A DNA stretch of 62,239 nt, filler included. It is 10 parts of 10 records of this genome, joined end to end, with 100 filler letters (N's around TTAATTAATTAA, not from the genome) between each part and the next. Parts side by side here need not be neighbours in the genome. Positions count along the whole stretch, not along the records: positions 1 to 26,174 come from SRR9188676_1961; 9 more parts are not named here. The stretch is one strand, 5' to 3'. Shown here piece by piece: positions 8,390 through 18,384 of this stretch (within the stretch, counting starts at the first letter, position 1; every line of letters begins with the position of its first letter). Under the pieces are notes generated by a model. It was not told the origin of the DNA and searched no databases. It saw only the letters and a program-made list of their open reading frames with translations. Made by a program: the position numbers and the translations under genes.

Positions 8390-10807
8390 ATGAGAAACTT
8401 TTTCAAACCAATACTTTATTTCATCATTTGTTGCTTTAGTTTGACTGAATCCTTTGGGCAAAATGTCATTTCAGGTAAGGTATTGCTGAATGAAACCAAT
8501 GAAGTGATTATCGGAGCGAACGTTTATATTCCTGAGCTACGAACTGGAACAAGTACAGATGTGAATGGTTTTTATCAAATCAAAAACTTACCAAAAGGTG
8601 AATTTACGCTACAAGTAAGCTATGTTTCTTTAAAAACTATCACTAAAAAAGTAAACGTAAAAAACGCAACAAAGCAAGATTTTGAAATGGAAAATTCAGC
8701 TACTTCCTTAGAAGAAGTAGTAATAACTGGCGCAGGCATTAAAACCTTAGTAAAAGAAAGTCCAGTGCCAATTGCTGCACTTTCAAGAGCACAGTGGTTA
8801 CAAAGTACTTCAACCAATTTAGTAGATGCGATTGTGAAATTGCCCGGTGTTTCGCAAATCATGACTGGACCAACTCTTTCAAAACCGATTATTCGTGGAT
8901 TGGGCTTCAATAGAGTAATTACTGTTCATGATGGCGTTCGCCAAGAAGATAATCAATGGGGCGAAGAACATAGTTTACATATTGATGAGTTTTCAATAGA
9001 ACGTTATGAAATTATTCGTGGTGCGGGTTCATTAATGTATGGTTCTGATGGCTTGGGTGGCGTAATTTCTGTGATTTCACCAACACCGACAGAATCTGAC
9101 AAAATCAATGGAAGTGTTTTATATAATTATCAGACTAACAATGGTTTACAAGGATTTTCGGTAAATCTGGGTGGCAATAAAAATGGTTTTGTTTGGACAA
9201 GTAGATTCAGTAATAAAAACGCTGGAAATTATCAAAATGCTTTCGATGGTTTAGTGAATGGTTCTAAATTTCAAGAACTTAACTATTCTGGAATGATTGG
9301 CTTAAACAAAAAATGGGGCTTTTCAAGAATCTACTTTTCAAAATTTGGACAAGATATTAATATCATAGATGGCACAAGAGACGCTGAAGGATATTTTTCA
9401 AAACAAGTAGTAATAAATGGACAAAGCGAGACGGTTAGAGTATCAGAAGAAGAATTAAAAAAACCTTCCATCAACCCTTCCAATTCACAATCTTTAAGTA
9501 ATTATAAAGTATCGTGGAACAATTATTTAATGTTAGGAAAAAGTTCTTTGAGTTTGAATGTAGCTTACTCACAAAATCACAGAAGAGAATACGGCAATGT
9601 TTTAAAGCCTTTTGAAGCCGATTTGTACTTCTATTTGCAGACACTTTATTATGATGCAAGATTTAACTTTCCAGAAAAAAATAATTTTGAAGTTACAATC
9701 GGAACAAATGGAATGACACAAACGATGAACAATCGTGGTAATGAAACCTTGTATCCTAATTTCAATTTATTCGATAATGGCGTATTTGTATTTTCAAAAA
9801 AGAAATTCAATAAGTTAATCATGAGTGGCGGATTAAGATTTGACATTCGTCAATTAGATATTCATAAATTATACATTGATTCTGAAGGAAAATTTCAAAC
9901 CAAACCATCTGCCAACACTAGCGAACGTTTCGCTGGTTTCAACAAAACATTTCAAAATGCTACAGGAAGTTTTGGAGCAGTTTATAAAATCAATCATTTA
10001 CTTTCTGTTAAAACTAACGTTGCCAGAGGTTTTAGAGCGCCATCGGTACCAGAAATTTCATCGAATGGTGAACATGCAGGCACTTTCCGTTACGAAATCG
10101 GGAATATTAATCAGCAATCTGAAGTATCGCTACAAAATGATTTAGGGCTTACTTTTGAAAATAGTTCGCTCTACATTGATGTAAATTTATTCAGCAATCG
10201 TATCAATCATTATACTTTTTCAGAACGTGTACAGAATATTTCTGGAAAAGATTCTATCATCAATGGTGTACCCGTTTTTCGTTATCAACAAGGAAATGCC
10301 AGACTTTTGGGATTAGAAGCTGTAGTTACTTATAATCCTGCTTCGGCACGTTGGTTTAGTTTTACACAAAGTTATTCTTCTGTAAATGGAGTAAATCTTT
10401 CTGCTAAAAATGATTCTGCGAAGTACCTGCCATTTATGCCTCCGCCAAGATGGTTAAGTAACGTAAAACTGACAAAAAATACTTTGGGAAAGCATCTGAG
10501 AAACACTTATTTTTCTGTAGAATTAGAGCATAATCAACAACAAAACAATGCGCTTTTAGCTTATAATACTGAAACAAAAACACCTGCTTATTCATTGGTA
10601 AATGTTGGAACTGGTGCTACGATTACTAATTTGAAAAAGAAAGCTTTACTTTCTATTTACCTGAATATCAATAATTTATTAGACAATACTTATCAAAGTC
10701 ATCAAAGTAGATTGAAGTATTTGGATGTGAATCGGACAACGGGCAGACAAGGTGTTTATAACATGGGAAGAAATATCAGTGTGAAGGTACTTGTACCGAT
10801 TAATTAG
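8390..10807 (+). CDS. TonB-dependent receptor, possibly for metal uptake
   Basis: 805 aa; signal peptide, N-terminal carboxypeptidase-regulatory-like domain, LEEVVIT, plug motifs KPIIRG and EIIRGAGSLMYGSDGLGGVI, C-terminal MGRNISVKV. Confidence 0.9.
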   Translation: MRNFFKPILYFIICCFSLTESFGQNVISGKVLLNETNEVIIGANVYIPELRTGTSTDVNGFYQIKNLPKGEFTLQVSYVSLKTITKKVNVKNATKQDFEMENSATSLEEVVITGAGIKTLVKESPVPIAALSRAQWLQSTSTNLVDAIVKLPGVSQIMTGPTLSKPIIRGLGFNRVITVHDGVRQEDNQWGEEHSLHIDEFSIERYEIIRGAGSLMYGSDGLGGVISVISPTPTESDKINGSVLYNYQTNNGLQGFSVNLGGNKNGFVWTSRFSNKNAGNYQNAFDGLVNGSKFQELNYSGMIGLNKKWGFSRIYFSKFGQDINIIDGTRDAEGYFSKQVVINGQSETVRVSEEELKKPSINPSNSQSLSNYKVSWNNYLMLGKSSLSLNVAYSQNHRREYGNVLKPFEADLYFYLQTLYYDARFNFPEKNNFEVTIGTNGMTQTMNNRGNETLYPNFNLFDNGVFVFSKKKFNKLIMSGGLRFDIRQLDIHKLYIDSEGKFQTKPSANTSERFAGFNKTFQNATGSFGAVYKINHLLSVKTNVARGFRAPSVPEISSNGEHAGTFRYEIGNINQQSEVSLQNDLGLTFENSSLYIDVNLFSNRINHYTFSERVQNISGKDSIINGVPVFRYQQGNARLLGLEAVVTYNPASARWFSFTQSYSSVNGVNLSAKNDSAKYLPFMPPPRWLSNVKLTKNTLGKHLRNTYFSVELEHNQQQNNALLAYNTETKTPAYSLVNVGTGATITNLKKKALLSIYLNINNLLDNTYQSHQSRLKYLDVNRTTGRQGVYNMGRNISVKVLVPIN

Positions 10808-10810
10808 TTT

Positions 10811-11093
10811 TTAGCTGCGAGCAATGAGCTTTCTGATGTCGGTCATTGGATTTCTGCTTTTAGATTTCGGTCGTCGGATTTCGGCATTCGGAAAAAATTC
10901 AGATGTTGTTTTCGTTCTTGGGCTTTTGGAGCTCTGGTTTCGATTTTAAGATTTTAAAGATTTTGCTCACAAGTCCGAAGACTTAAATCAGACATCCGAA
11001 AGTCAATAAAAAAGCTCTTCAAACTTTGGTGTTTGAAGAGCTTTTTTATTAATTCCGAAAGCTGAAATCCGACTTCCGAAAGCCGATAGCTAA
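10811..11093. repeat. Degenerate heptamer arrays in inverted orientation
   Basis: 12 period-7 units at 10811-10894 (e.g. TCGGTCG TCGGATT TCGGCAT); complementary TCCGAAA-type units at 10974-11001 and 11054-11093. Confidence 0.75.
11005..11050. terminator. Bidirectional intrinsic terminator
   Basis: AATAAAAAAGCTCTTCAAAC...GTTTGAAGAGCTTTTTTATT between the convergent receptor and fsa. Confidence 0.85.
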
Positions 11094-11750
11094 CTAAGCA
11101 TTCGTTTTAGCGTGGTCAGCTAAGAATTTAGCCAAACCGCTATCCGTCAAAGGATGGTTCAATAATGCCAACATTGCTGAAAGTGGACCCGTCATAACGT
11201 CTGCACCGATTTCAGCACATCTAATAATATGAATTGGGTTACGTACCGAAGCTGCTAAAATTTCAGTATCAAAACCATAATTATCATAAATAGTACGAAT
11301 TTGCTCGATTAATTGGATACCGTCGAATGAAATATCATCTAAACGACCAATGAATGGAGAAACGTAAGAAGCTCCCGCTTTTGCCGCCAATAAAGCTTGA
11401 CCAGCAGAGAAAATCAACGTACAGTTAGTTTTAATTCCTTTTTCTGAGAAATACTTCAATGCTTTTACTCCGTCTTTAATCATCGGAATTTTAACAACAA
11501 TTTTCTCATCTAATTCTGCTAATTCTTCTCCTTCACGAATCATTCCTTCAAAATCAGTAGCAATTACTTCCGCAGAAACATCTCCCTCAACGATATCACA
11601 AATTGCTTTGTAATGTTTAAGAACGTTGTTTTTACCGCTAATACCTTCTTTAGCCATTAACGATGGATTGGTTGTTACACCGTCTAATACACCTAAATCC
11701 TGTGCTTCTTGGATTTCTTTGAGATTGGCTGTGTCAATAAAAAATTTCAT
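11094..11750 (-). CDS. fsa: Fructose-6-phosphate aldolase / transaldolase family protein
   Basis: [42 protein letters not shown]. Confidence 0.93.
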   Translation of the reverse strand: MKFFIDTANLKEIQEAQDLGVLDGVTTNPSLMAKEGISGKNNVLKHYKAICDIVEGDVSAEVIATDFEGMIREGEELAELDEKIVVKIPMIKDGVKALKYFSEKGIKTNCTLIFSAGQALLAAKAGASYVSPFIGRLDDISFDGIQLIEQIRTIYDNYGFDTEILAASVRNPIHIIRCAEIGADVMTGPLSAMLALLNHPLTDSGLAKFLADHAKTNA

Positions 11751-12002
11751 GATGATTTGTTTTTTGAGAAATATATTAGTTAAACGCTAATTAAAAACGA
11801 AAGTAAATCCAAAGAATAAAGCTTGATATTAATGCTTTGTAAATACTGTTTACAAAATTAGGAAAAGCATTTGAGAAAGCAGACATTTTTCTAAAAAATT
11901 ATAACAGTATAGAACAGTTATTTTTTCTATTGAAATAAAAATGGATTTACTGATAATTTGTGGAGCTTGATGAAGTAATGGAATGGTCATAAAACAAAAA
12001 AA

Positions 12003-12080
12003 GGCAAATTCACCGCTACAACCTGCCTACCCTTGCTTCGGTCAAGACCTGGGGGATTCGGAGGGAGCTGGTAATTTGCC
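12003..12080 (-). ncRNA. ffs: Signal recognition particle RNA (bacterial small SRP)
   Basis: Minus strand GGCAAATT...CCCCCAGG-TCTTGACCGA-AGCAAGGG...AATTTGCC: long hairpin with the CAGG/AGCA helix-8 motif; upstream CATCTTTG and TTTG promoter-like boxes; downstream T-run. Ends approximate. Confidence 0.85.
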
Positions 12081-12216
12081 GACACAAAGATGGCAGGTTT
12101 TGTTGTTTTTTCAAAACCTTCACCGCAACTTTGAGGAAAGTTTTCTATTAAAAATCAGTCAAAACATACTGATTACAACGATGACCTTTTGATTTACAGT
12201 TAATTAACATACTATT

Positions 12217-12948
12217 ATGACATTCAAAAATATTTTAAAAAAAATTTCATTTTCGCTTTATTTAGCCTCTTTATCCATTCTTTTAGTGAATTGCACGGGT
12301 TCGTCTGATGCTTTTTTAGAAAAAGCGAAAGAACAATTAAAACAAGGAAAAGCCAGAGAAGCCATCGAATACTTGAATCAAGCCATCGATAAAGACCCGA
12401 ATAATGCCAAAGCTTTCAATATGCGTGGTGCAGCCAATTTTGAATTGAAAGATTTCACAACGGCTTTATTAGATTATGAACAAGCCATTAAATTAGACCC
12501 AAACAATTATCAACCTTATTTTAACAGGGCTTCGGTAAAAATGGAAAAATCGGATTGGGAAGGTGCTTTTCAAGATTGTTCTAAAGCCATTACAATCCAG
12601 CCAGACACAGCTGAATTGTATGTAAAAAGAGGAATTATCTTAGCTGCTTTGCAAAAATCTGAGGAAGCAATTGTAGATTTCGACAAAGCAATTCAATTAA
12701 ATCCCAAAGAAATAAATGCTTTGTATAATCGTGGCAATATTTACTTTCAATTTGGTGACTTTGATAAATCTTTAGCCGATTTTACGGCGGCAGTGAAAGC
12801 AGATAACAAATTTGCTAAAGCATATTATGGTTTGGGGATTGTTCAACAAAAAAGAGGACAATCAGACGATAGTTGTTTAAATTTCAAAATGGCAAATCGT
12901 TTGGGATATCCTGATGCTAAATTGGCGATAGATTCTTTTTGTAAATAA
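12217..12948 (+). CDS. TPR-repeat protein, probable lipoprotein
   Basis: Repeated TPR units; LLVNC lipobox-like motif. Confidence 0.85.
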   Translation: MTFKNILKKISFSLYLASLSILLVNCTGSSDAFLEKAKEQLKQGKAREAIEYLNQAIDKDPNNAKAFNMRGAANFELKDFTTALLDYEQAIKLDPNNYQPYFNRASVKMEKSDWEGAFQDCSKAITIQPDTAELYVKRGIILAALQKSEEAIVDFDKAIQLNPKEINALYNRGNIYFQFGDFDKSLADFTAAVKADNKFAKAYYGLGIVQQKRGQSDDSCLNFKMANRLGYPDAKLAIDSFCK

Positions 12949-12949
12949 A

Positions 12950-13083
12950 TCAGCTATAAGCTTTGAGTAGTGAGCTTTAATTACTTGTAGGTTTAGGATA
13001 ACTATATTAAGTAATGATATTTAAAACTCATCACTCGAAACTCAAAAAACTCATCACTCACAATTCTTAACTCACAACTCATA
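12950..13083. repeat. Degenerate heptamer arrays (TGAG-type, then complementary ACTCA-type)
   Basis: TCAGCTA TAAGCTT TGAGTAG TGAGCTT at 12950-12977; ACTCATC ACTCGAA ACTCAAA ... ACTCACA ACTCATA at 13026-13083. Confidence 0.7.
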
Positions 13084-13086
13084 AAG

Positions 13087-13446
13087 ATGAAATACCTCGG
13101 AATCGTTTTTACCATGATTTTCTTACTTTTTGCAGGTTGGCAATACAATGACCCAGACCCAGTACTTTGGATTCCGATTTATTTGGTAGCGGCATATTGT
13201 TCAATAAAAGCCTATCAAGAAAAAAGTAATCCAGAATTATTAGTAGTTGTTGCCATTATGTCTTTTGTCGCAGGACTAAATACTTGGTTACAGATGACTT
13301 CTTGGGAAGGTTTTTTCTCAGAAGGTGGTGGCTTATCCATGAAAACCATTAATCAAGAATTAGCTCGTGAAGCTTGCGGACTTTGGATTTGTACTTTCGC
13401 TTTTATCTTATTCCTAGGAATGTATTTTTTCCAACCTAAGAAGTGA
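13087..13446 (+). CDS. Transmembrane 220 family protein
   Basis: QYNDPDPVLWIPIY and ELAREACGL motifs. Confidence 0.85.
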   Translation: MKYLGIVFTMIFLLFAGWQYNDPDPVLWIPIYLVAAYCSIKAYQEKSNPELLVVVAIMSFVAGLNTWLQMTSWEGFFSEGGGLSMKTINQELAREACGLWICTFAFILFLGMYFFQPKK

Positions 13447-13505
13447 TTAGAAATTGGTTATTGGTGTTTAGTTCTCAAAATAGTTTTATAAAACATAAGT
13501 TAAAT

Positions 13506-13551
13506 AGGCAAAGCATTCAGAATTTATGTTCTGTGCTTTGCCTGTTTTTTT
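13506..13551 (+). terminator. Intrinsic terminator
   Basis: AGGCAAAGCA...TGCTTTGCCT followed by a T-run. Confidence 0.7.
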
Positions 13552-13643
13552 GCCATTTATCTAATTATCAACATATTCATCATAAACAGAACAATTAATA
13601 AAGGTTAAATTGTAATTTGTATAAAATTCAAACTCCAAACTTT

Positions 13644-14516
13644 ATGCAACTTACTATTACAAACCTGAACAAAACCTATTCCAATGGCGTTCAAGCACTT
13701 CAGAACGTCAATCTAACTATCAATCAAGGAATGTTTGGCTTATTAGGACCAAACGGCGCAGGGAAATCTTCCTTAATGCGTACCATCGCAACACTACAAG
13801 AAGCTGATACTGGCACAATTACTTTAGGCGATATTAATGTGCTTACTCAAAAAGAAGAAGTACGTAAAACCCTTGGTTATTTACCACAAGAATTTGGTGT
13901 GTATCCAAAAGTAGATGCCCTGACTTTATTGAATCACTTAGCCGTTTTGAAAGGAATTACCAATGCCAAAGAACGTAAAGAATTGGTAGAATCGTTACTT
14001 CAAAAAACCAATCTTTGGGATGCTCGCAAAAAGAATTTGGGTGGTTACTCTGGTGGAATGAAACAACGTTTTGGTATTGCTCAAGCTTTACTAGCAAGTC
14101 CTAAGTTAATTATTGTTGACGAACCTACCGCTGGCTTAGACCCTGCTGAACGCAATCGTTTTTTGAACTTATTGTCGGAATTAGGCGAAAACACCATTGT
14201 GATACTTTCTACCCATATCGTGGAAGACGTAAAAGAGTTGTGCCAAGATATGGCGGTTTTTAATAAAGGGCAAGTACTTTACAAAGGCAATCCTTTTGAC
14301 GCAATTCAAGAAATTGAAGGAAAAATCTGGCGAAAACGTATTCATAAAGCAGAATTAGAAGATTATAAGAAAAACTTCACGCTGATTTCTGATAAACTCA
14401 TCGGCGGTTCGCCAGTCATTCACGTGTTGGCAGATAGCAATCCTGATGGTACTTTTAATGCCGTCAATGGAGATTTAGAAGATGTTTATTTTGCAAAAAT
14501 TTTCGCTAATGCCTAA
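13644..14516 (+). CDS. ABC-2-type ATP-binding protein
   Basis: GPNGAGKS, YSGGMKQR, IIVDEPTAGLD; ATG at 13644. Confidence 0.92.
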   Translation: MQLTITNLNKTYSNGVQALQNVNLTINQGMFGLLGPNGAGKSSLMRTIATLQEADTGTITLGDINVLTQKEEVRKTLGYLPQEFGVYPKVDALTLLNHLAVLKGITNAKERKELVESLLQKTNLWDARKKNLGGYSGGMKQRFGIAQALLASPKLIIVDEPTAGLDPAERNRFLNLLSELGENTIVILSTHIVEDVKELCQDMAVFNKGQVLYKGNPFDAIQEIEGKIWRKRIHKAELEDYKKNFTLISDKLIGGSPVIHVLADSNPDGTFNAVNGDLEDVYFAKIFANA

Positions 14517-14528
14517 ACCAACACGACT

Positions 14529-17500
14529 ATGTTTTTAGAAATTTTACGTTTTGAATTTAGCTATCGAAAGAACAGAGCAGCTACTTATCTATATTTTCTG
14601 ATTTTATTTATCCTTTGTTTTGCGGCAGCAACCTCAAAATACGTTACCATCGGCGGTTCGGGTGGTGGACAGCTACAAGCTAATTCTCCGTACTCGCTTT
14701 CTTTCATGACTATCATCATGACTTTTGCCGTAACTTTCATTAGTTCAGCAGTGATGGGCGTAGCCGTTTTGCGAGACTTTGAACATAAAACAGAATCCTT
14801 GATGTTTACCACCACCATGTCGAAATTCGATTATTTGATGGGACGTTTCTGGGGTTCTTTTTTTGTCATGGTATTGATTTACTCTTCAATTTGGATAGCT
14901 TTTATGCTAGGATTTTCGCTTGGTAAATTCCTTCCTTGGGATCCATCTTGGAAAGAAAAAACCATGCACGCTTTTGATGCTTGGCATTATTTTCAGCCAT
15001 TTATCTTTTATGGCATTACCAATCTTTTTATTCAGGCTACTATTTACTTTGCGGCTGGAACACTCAGTAGAAAACCTTTATTGATTTACACACAAGGGAT
15101 TATTCTGTTTGTTTTGTACGAAATCACGGGAACAATTACACAAGATTTAGAGAATAAAGACCTCGCATCGTTAGTTGACCCTTTCGCAATCAGAACCTTC
15201 CAAATCTATACTCAGTACTGGACGCCAGCACAGAAAAACAATTTATTGATTCCGCTCGAAGGAATGATGCTCTGGAATCGTGTACTTTGGTGTGGTATCG
15301 GCTTTGTTATTTTAGCCATTACTTATTATGCTTTTAGTTTCAACGTGGTTACTTCTTCATGGTTCAAGAAAAAGAAAGTTGTGAAAGAAGAAGCTTCTGG
15401 AATCAAGCCAGAAAATGTAGCAATTCCACTTGTACATCAATTCACCAATTTCTCGGCAAATCTTACTCAGCTTTGGCAACAATCTGTTTTTTATGCCAAA
15501 ATGGTCGTTAAAGAGATTCCGTTTATTGCCATTGTTTTTGTAGGTTTTGCAGATTTAACCATCAATTCTTTCTATTTCGGAGAAATGTATGGAACAAGCT
15601 CCTACCCTATCACAGCCAATGTTTTAGGCTTTTTGTCGGAATTTGATTTGTTCTTTTTAATCATCGTTGTATTTTACTCTGGTGAATTAATTTGGCGAGA
15701 AAGAACGGTCAATATCAATCTTATCATAGATGCTTTGCCAGTACCTGATTGGGTTGGATTACTCTCCAAATTCATAGGATTAATCTTTATTTATGTTGCT
15801 TTATTGTTAGGTTTGATTTTCTTTGGAGTATCCGTTCAAATAGCGCATGGTTATTTCAACTTTGAATTACCACTTTATTTCGAAACACTTTTTACCGATG
15901 AACTTATCTTTTTAGTAGCATTTACATTACTCTCATTTTTCATTCAGACCATCGCTAACAACAAATTAGTGGGTTTTGCTTTGATGTTCGTGTTCTTTAT
16001 CATTAATATGTTCATGAGTGGCGCTGGTATCGAACATCCATTGTTCTCTTTCAACAGCGGTAGCTTGGGCAGTTATTCTGACATGAATAAATATGGACAT
16101 TTCGTATCGTCGTTCTCTTGGATGAAACTCTATTGGCTGGCTTTTGTAGGCATTCTCTTTATTTCATCGGTTTTATTGAGCGTAAGAGGAACAGAATCTT
16201 TAATGAAAACTAGGTTAAAAATCGGTCAACTTCGTTTAAGTAAACCGATTCTTATTTTGGCAATCAGTACTTTAGTCGTCTTTATTTCTACTGGTTTTTA
16301 TGTGTATTATAACACGAATAAACTGAATAGATACACCACCAAAGAAGATGAAGAAAAACTACAAGTCGATTACGAAAAAACCTTAAAAAAGCAATTCGAT
16401 AATGCTCCACAACCCAGAATTGTAGATGTAAACCTAAAAGTAGAAGTATATCCAGAAGAACGTGATTTTACTGCTGAAGGTTATTTTTGGTTAAAGAATA
16501 AAACGAAAAAGGTATTAAATGACATTCTTATTCAGAATGACATTTTGCATAATATGAAGCTTGAGTACCTGAAATTTGAAGGTGGTGCTAAAGTAAAAAA
16601 AGCTTATGATAAATTCGGTTTTACGATTTATCAATTAAGTAAACCTTTAGCCATTGGCGATTCTGTGAAGATGAGTTTCAAAACTAAATTTGAAACCAAA
16701 GGTTTTGTAGCGAACGGTTCAAACACTAACGTAGTATATAACGGAACCTTCTTCAATAATAATTATTTTCCATCTTTAGGTTATAGCGAAGACTTTGAAA
16801 TTGGTGATGACGATACTCGTAAAAAGTACAAATTACCTGAAAAAGAAAGAATGATGGAACAGAATAATCCAATCGGGCTATCACAAAGTTTGTTTGGTGA
16901 TGATTCAGATTATATCCGTTTTGAAATGGTAATTGGTACGAGTAAAGACCAAACCGCCATTGCTCCTGGTTATTTACAGAAAACTTGGGAGGAGCAAAAT
17001 CGTAAGTATTTCCATTATAAAATGGATGTTCCGATGGTCAATTTCTATTCAATCATTTCGGCTAAATACGAAATTAAACGTGATAAATGGAAGAATGTCA
17101 ACTTGGAAATTTACTATAATAAAGGACATGAGTATAACCTCGAAAAGATGATTTCCTCCATGAAATCGTCGTTTGATTATTTTGATAAAAACTTCGCTCC
17201 TTATCAATACCGCCAAATGAGAATCATGGAATTTCCACGCTATGCTTCTTTTGCGCAGTCGTTTGCCAATACCGTTCCATTTTCAGAAGGAATAGGTTTT
17301 ATCCAGAAAATCAACGACCCAGAGAAAGATTTAGATATGCCATTTTATGTTACGGCTCATGAATTGGGACATCAATGGTGGGGGCATCAAGTAGCAGAAG
17401 CCAGAGTAAAAGGCAATGCCATGCTTTCAGAAACACAAGCTCAATACTCTGCTTTGATGGTAATGAAACACGCCATTAAACCCGAATTAATGCAAAAATT

Positions 17501-18161
17501 CTTGAAGTATGAATTAGATAAATATCTGACTGGTCGTGCTAGAGAAAGTAAAAAAGAACAACCTTTAGCCTTGGTAGAAAGTCAGGGATATATACATTAC
17601 AACAAAGGTTCATTGGCAATGTTTGCTTTGCAAGATTATATCGGTGAAGATAAAGTAAACAAAGCCTTGCATGATTTCTTGGCAGATTGGAAATATCCAA
17701 GTTCGGATGGGAAATACAAACGCTATCCTACTAGTCAAGATTTATTGAATTATTTCAGAACAGAAACGCCAGATTCTTTGAAATACATTATTCATGATAT
17801 GTTTGAAACAATAACCTTATATGAAAACAAAACAGATAAAGTATCATACAAAGTATTGCCAAACAAAACTTATGAAGTAAGTATTAAAGCTATTTCAGAG
17901 AAATTCAGAGCAGATAGTTCAGGTAACGAAAAACCTATTACCCTAAACGATTGGATTGATGTCGGTGTATATGTTGAAGATAAGGATGGTAAAGACAAAT
18001 TACTTTATATCCAAAAATATAAAGTATCTAAGAAAGACAATACTTTCAAAATCATCGTCAAAGAAAAACCTAAAAAAGCTGGAATTGACCCTATTAATAA
18101 ACTGATAGATAGACATTCTGATGATAATGTTAAGTCGGCAGTTTTAGAGGAAAAATTGTAG
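14529..18161 (+). CDS. Double ABC-2 permease fused to an M1 aminopeptidase domain
   Basis: About 600 aa polytopic N-half; C-half has FAQSF, HELGH plus downstream Glu (SETQAQY), and YNKG. Confidence 0.88.
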   Translation: MFLEILRFEFSYRKNRAATYLYFLILFILCFAAATSKYVTIGGSGGGQLQANSPYSLSFMTIIMTFAVTFISSAVMGVAVLRDFEHKTESLMFTTTMSKFDYLMGRFWGSFFVMVLIYSSIWIAFMLGFSLGKFLPWDPSWKEKTMHAFDAWHYFQPFIFYGITNLFIQATIYFAAGTLSRKPLLIYTQGIILFVLYEITGTITQDLENKDLASLVDPFAIRTFQIYTQYWTPAQKNNLLIPLEGMMLWNRVLWCGIGFVILAITYYAFSFNVVTSSWFKKKKVVKEEASGIKPENVAIPLVHQFTNFSANLTQLWQQSVFYAKMVVKEIPFIAIVFVGFADLTINSFYFGEMYGTSSYPITANVLGFLSEFDLFFLIIVVFYSGELIWRERTVNINLIIDALPVPDWVGLLSKFIGLIFIYVALLLGLIFFGVSVQIAHGYFNFELPLYFETLFTDELIFLVAFTLLSFFIQTIANNKLVGFALMFVFFIINMFMSGAGIEHPLFSFNSGSLGSYSDMNKYGHFVSSFSWMKLYWLAFVGILFISSVLLSVRGTESLMKTRLKIGQLRLSKPILILAISTLVVFISTGFYVYYNTNKLNRYTTKEDEEKLQVDYEKTLKKQFDNAPQPRIVDVNLKVEVYPEERDFTAEGYFWLKNKTKKVLNDILIQNDILHNMKLEYLKFEGGAKVKKAYDKFGFTIYQLSKPLAIGDSVKMSFKTKFETKGFVANGSNTNVVYNGTFFNNNYFPSLGYSEDFEIGDDDTRKKYKLPEKERMMEQNNPIGLSQSLFGDDSDYIRFEMVIGTSKDQTAIAPGYLQKTWEEQNRKYFHYKMDVPMVNFYSIISAKYEIKRDKWKNVNLEIYYNKGHEYNLEKMISSMKSSFDYFDKNFAPYQYRQMRIMEFPRYASFAQSFANTVPFSEGIGFIQKINDPEKDLDMPFYVTAHELGHQWWGHQVAEARVKGNAMLSETQAQYSALMVMKHAIKPELMQKFLKYELDKYLTGRARESKKEQPLALVESQGYIHYNKGSLAMFALQDYIGEDKVNKALHDFLADWKYPSSDGKYKRYPTSQDLLNYFRTETPDSLKYIIHDMFETITLYENKTDKVSYKVLPNKTYEVSIKAISEKFRADSSGNEKPITLNDWIDVGVYVEDKDGKDKLLYIQKYKVSKKDNTFKIIVKEKPKKAGIDPINKLIDRHSDDNVKSAVLEEKL

Positions 18162-18162
18162 T

Positions 18163-18218
18163 TGAGACATGAGACACAAGATGCAAGAATAAAGATTTTG
18201 TTCTTGCATCTTGTGTCT
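18163..18218. repeat. Perfect 18-bp stem built from heptamer units; likely terminator
   Basis: AGACACAAGATGCAAGAA (18172-18189) / TTCTTGCATCTTGTGTCT (18201-18218). Confidence 0.7.
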
Positions 18219-18384
18219 TTTACTATTAATGCTCTTCCACTTGTTCTGAAAGACAAGTGGAAGCTTTGATAAAAAGGATTTTAATCCACTAAACGTTCAT
18301 AGAACGTTTTTATCTGTCATTCGATTTGCCCTTGCGGAACAAATCGAATAGCGTAGAAATCATTCTGAGTATTTATCCGAAAAA

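Noticed and set aside
11983..12192. 69-aa plus-strand ORF
   Set aside because: Lies antisense over the SRP RNA and its promoter
10811..13083. Heptamer arrays as CRISPR
   Set aside because: No identical 23-47 nt repeats with unique spacers and no cas genes
13555..13600. Possible LytTR-like repeats upstream of the ABC ATPase
   Set aside because: Irregular spacing and weak matches in AT-rich DNA
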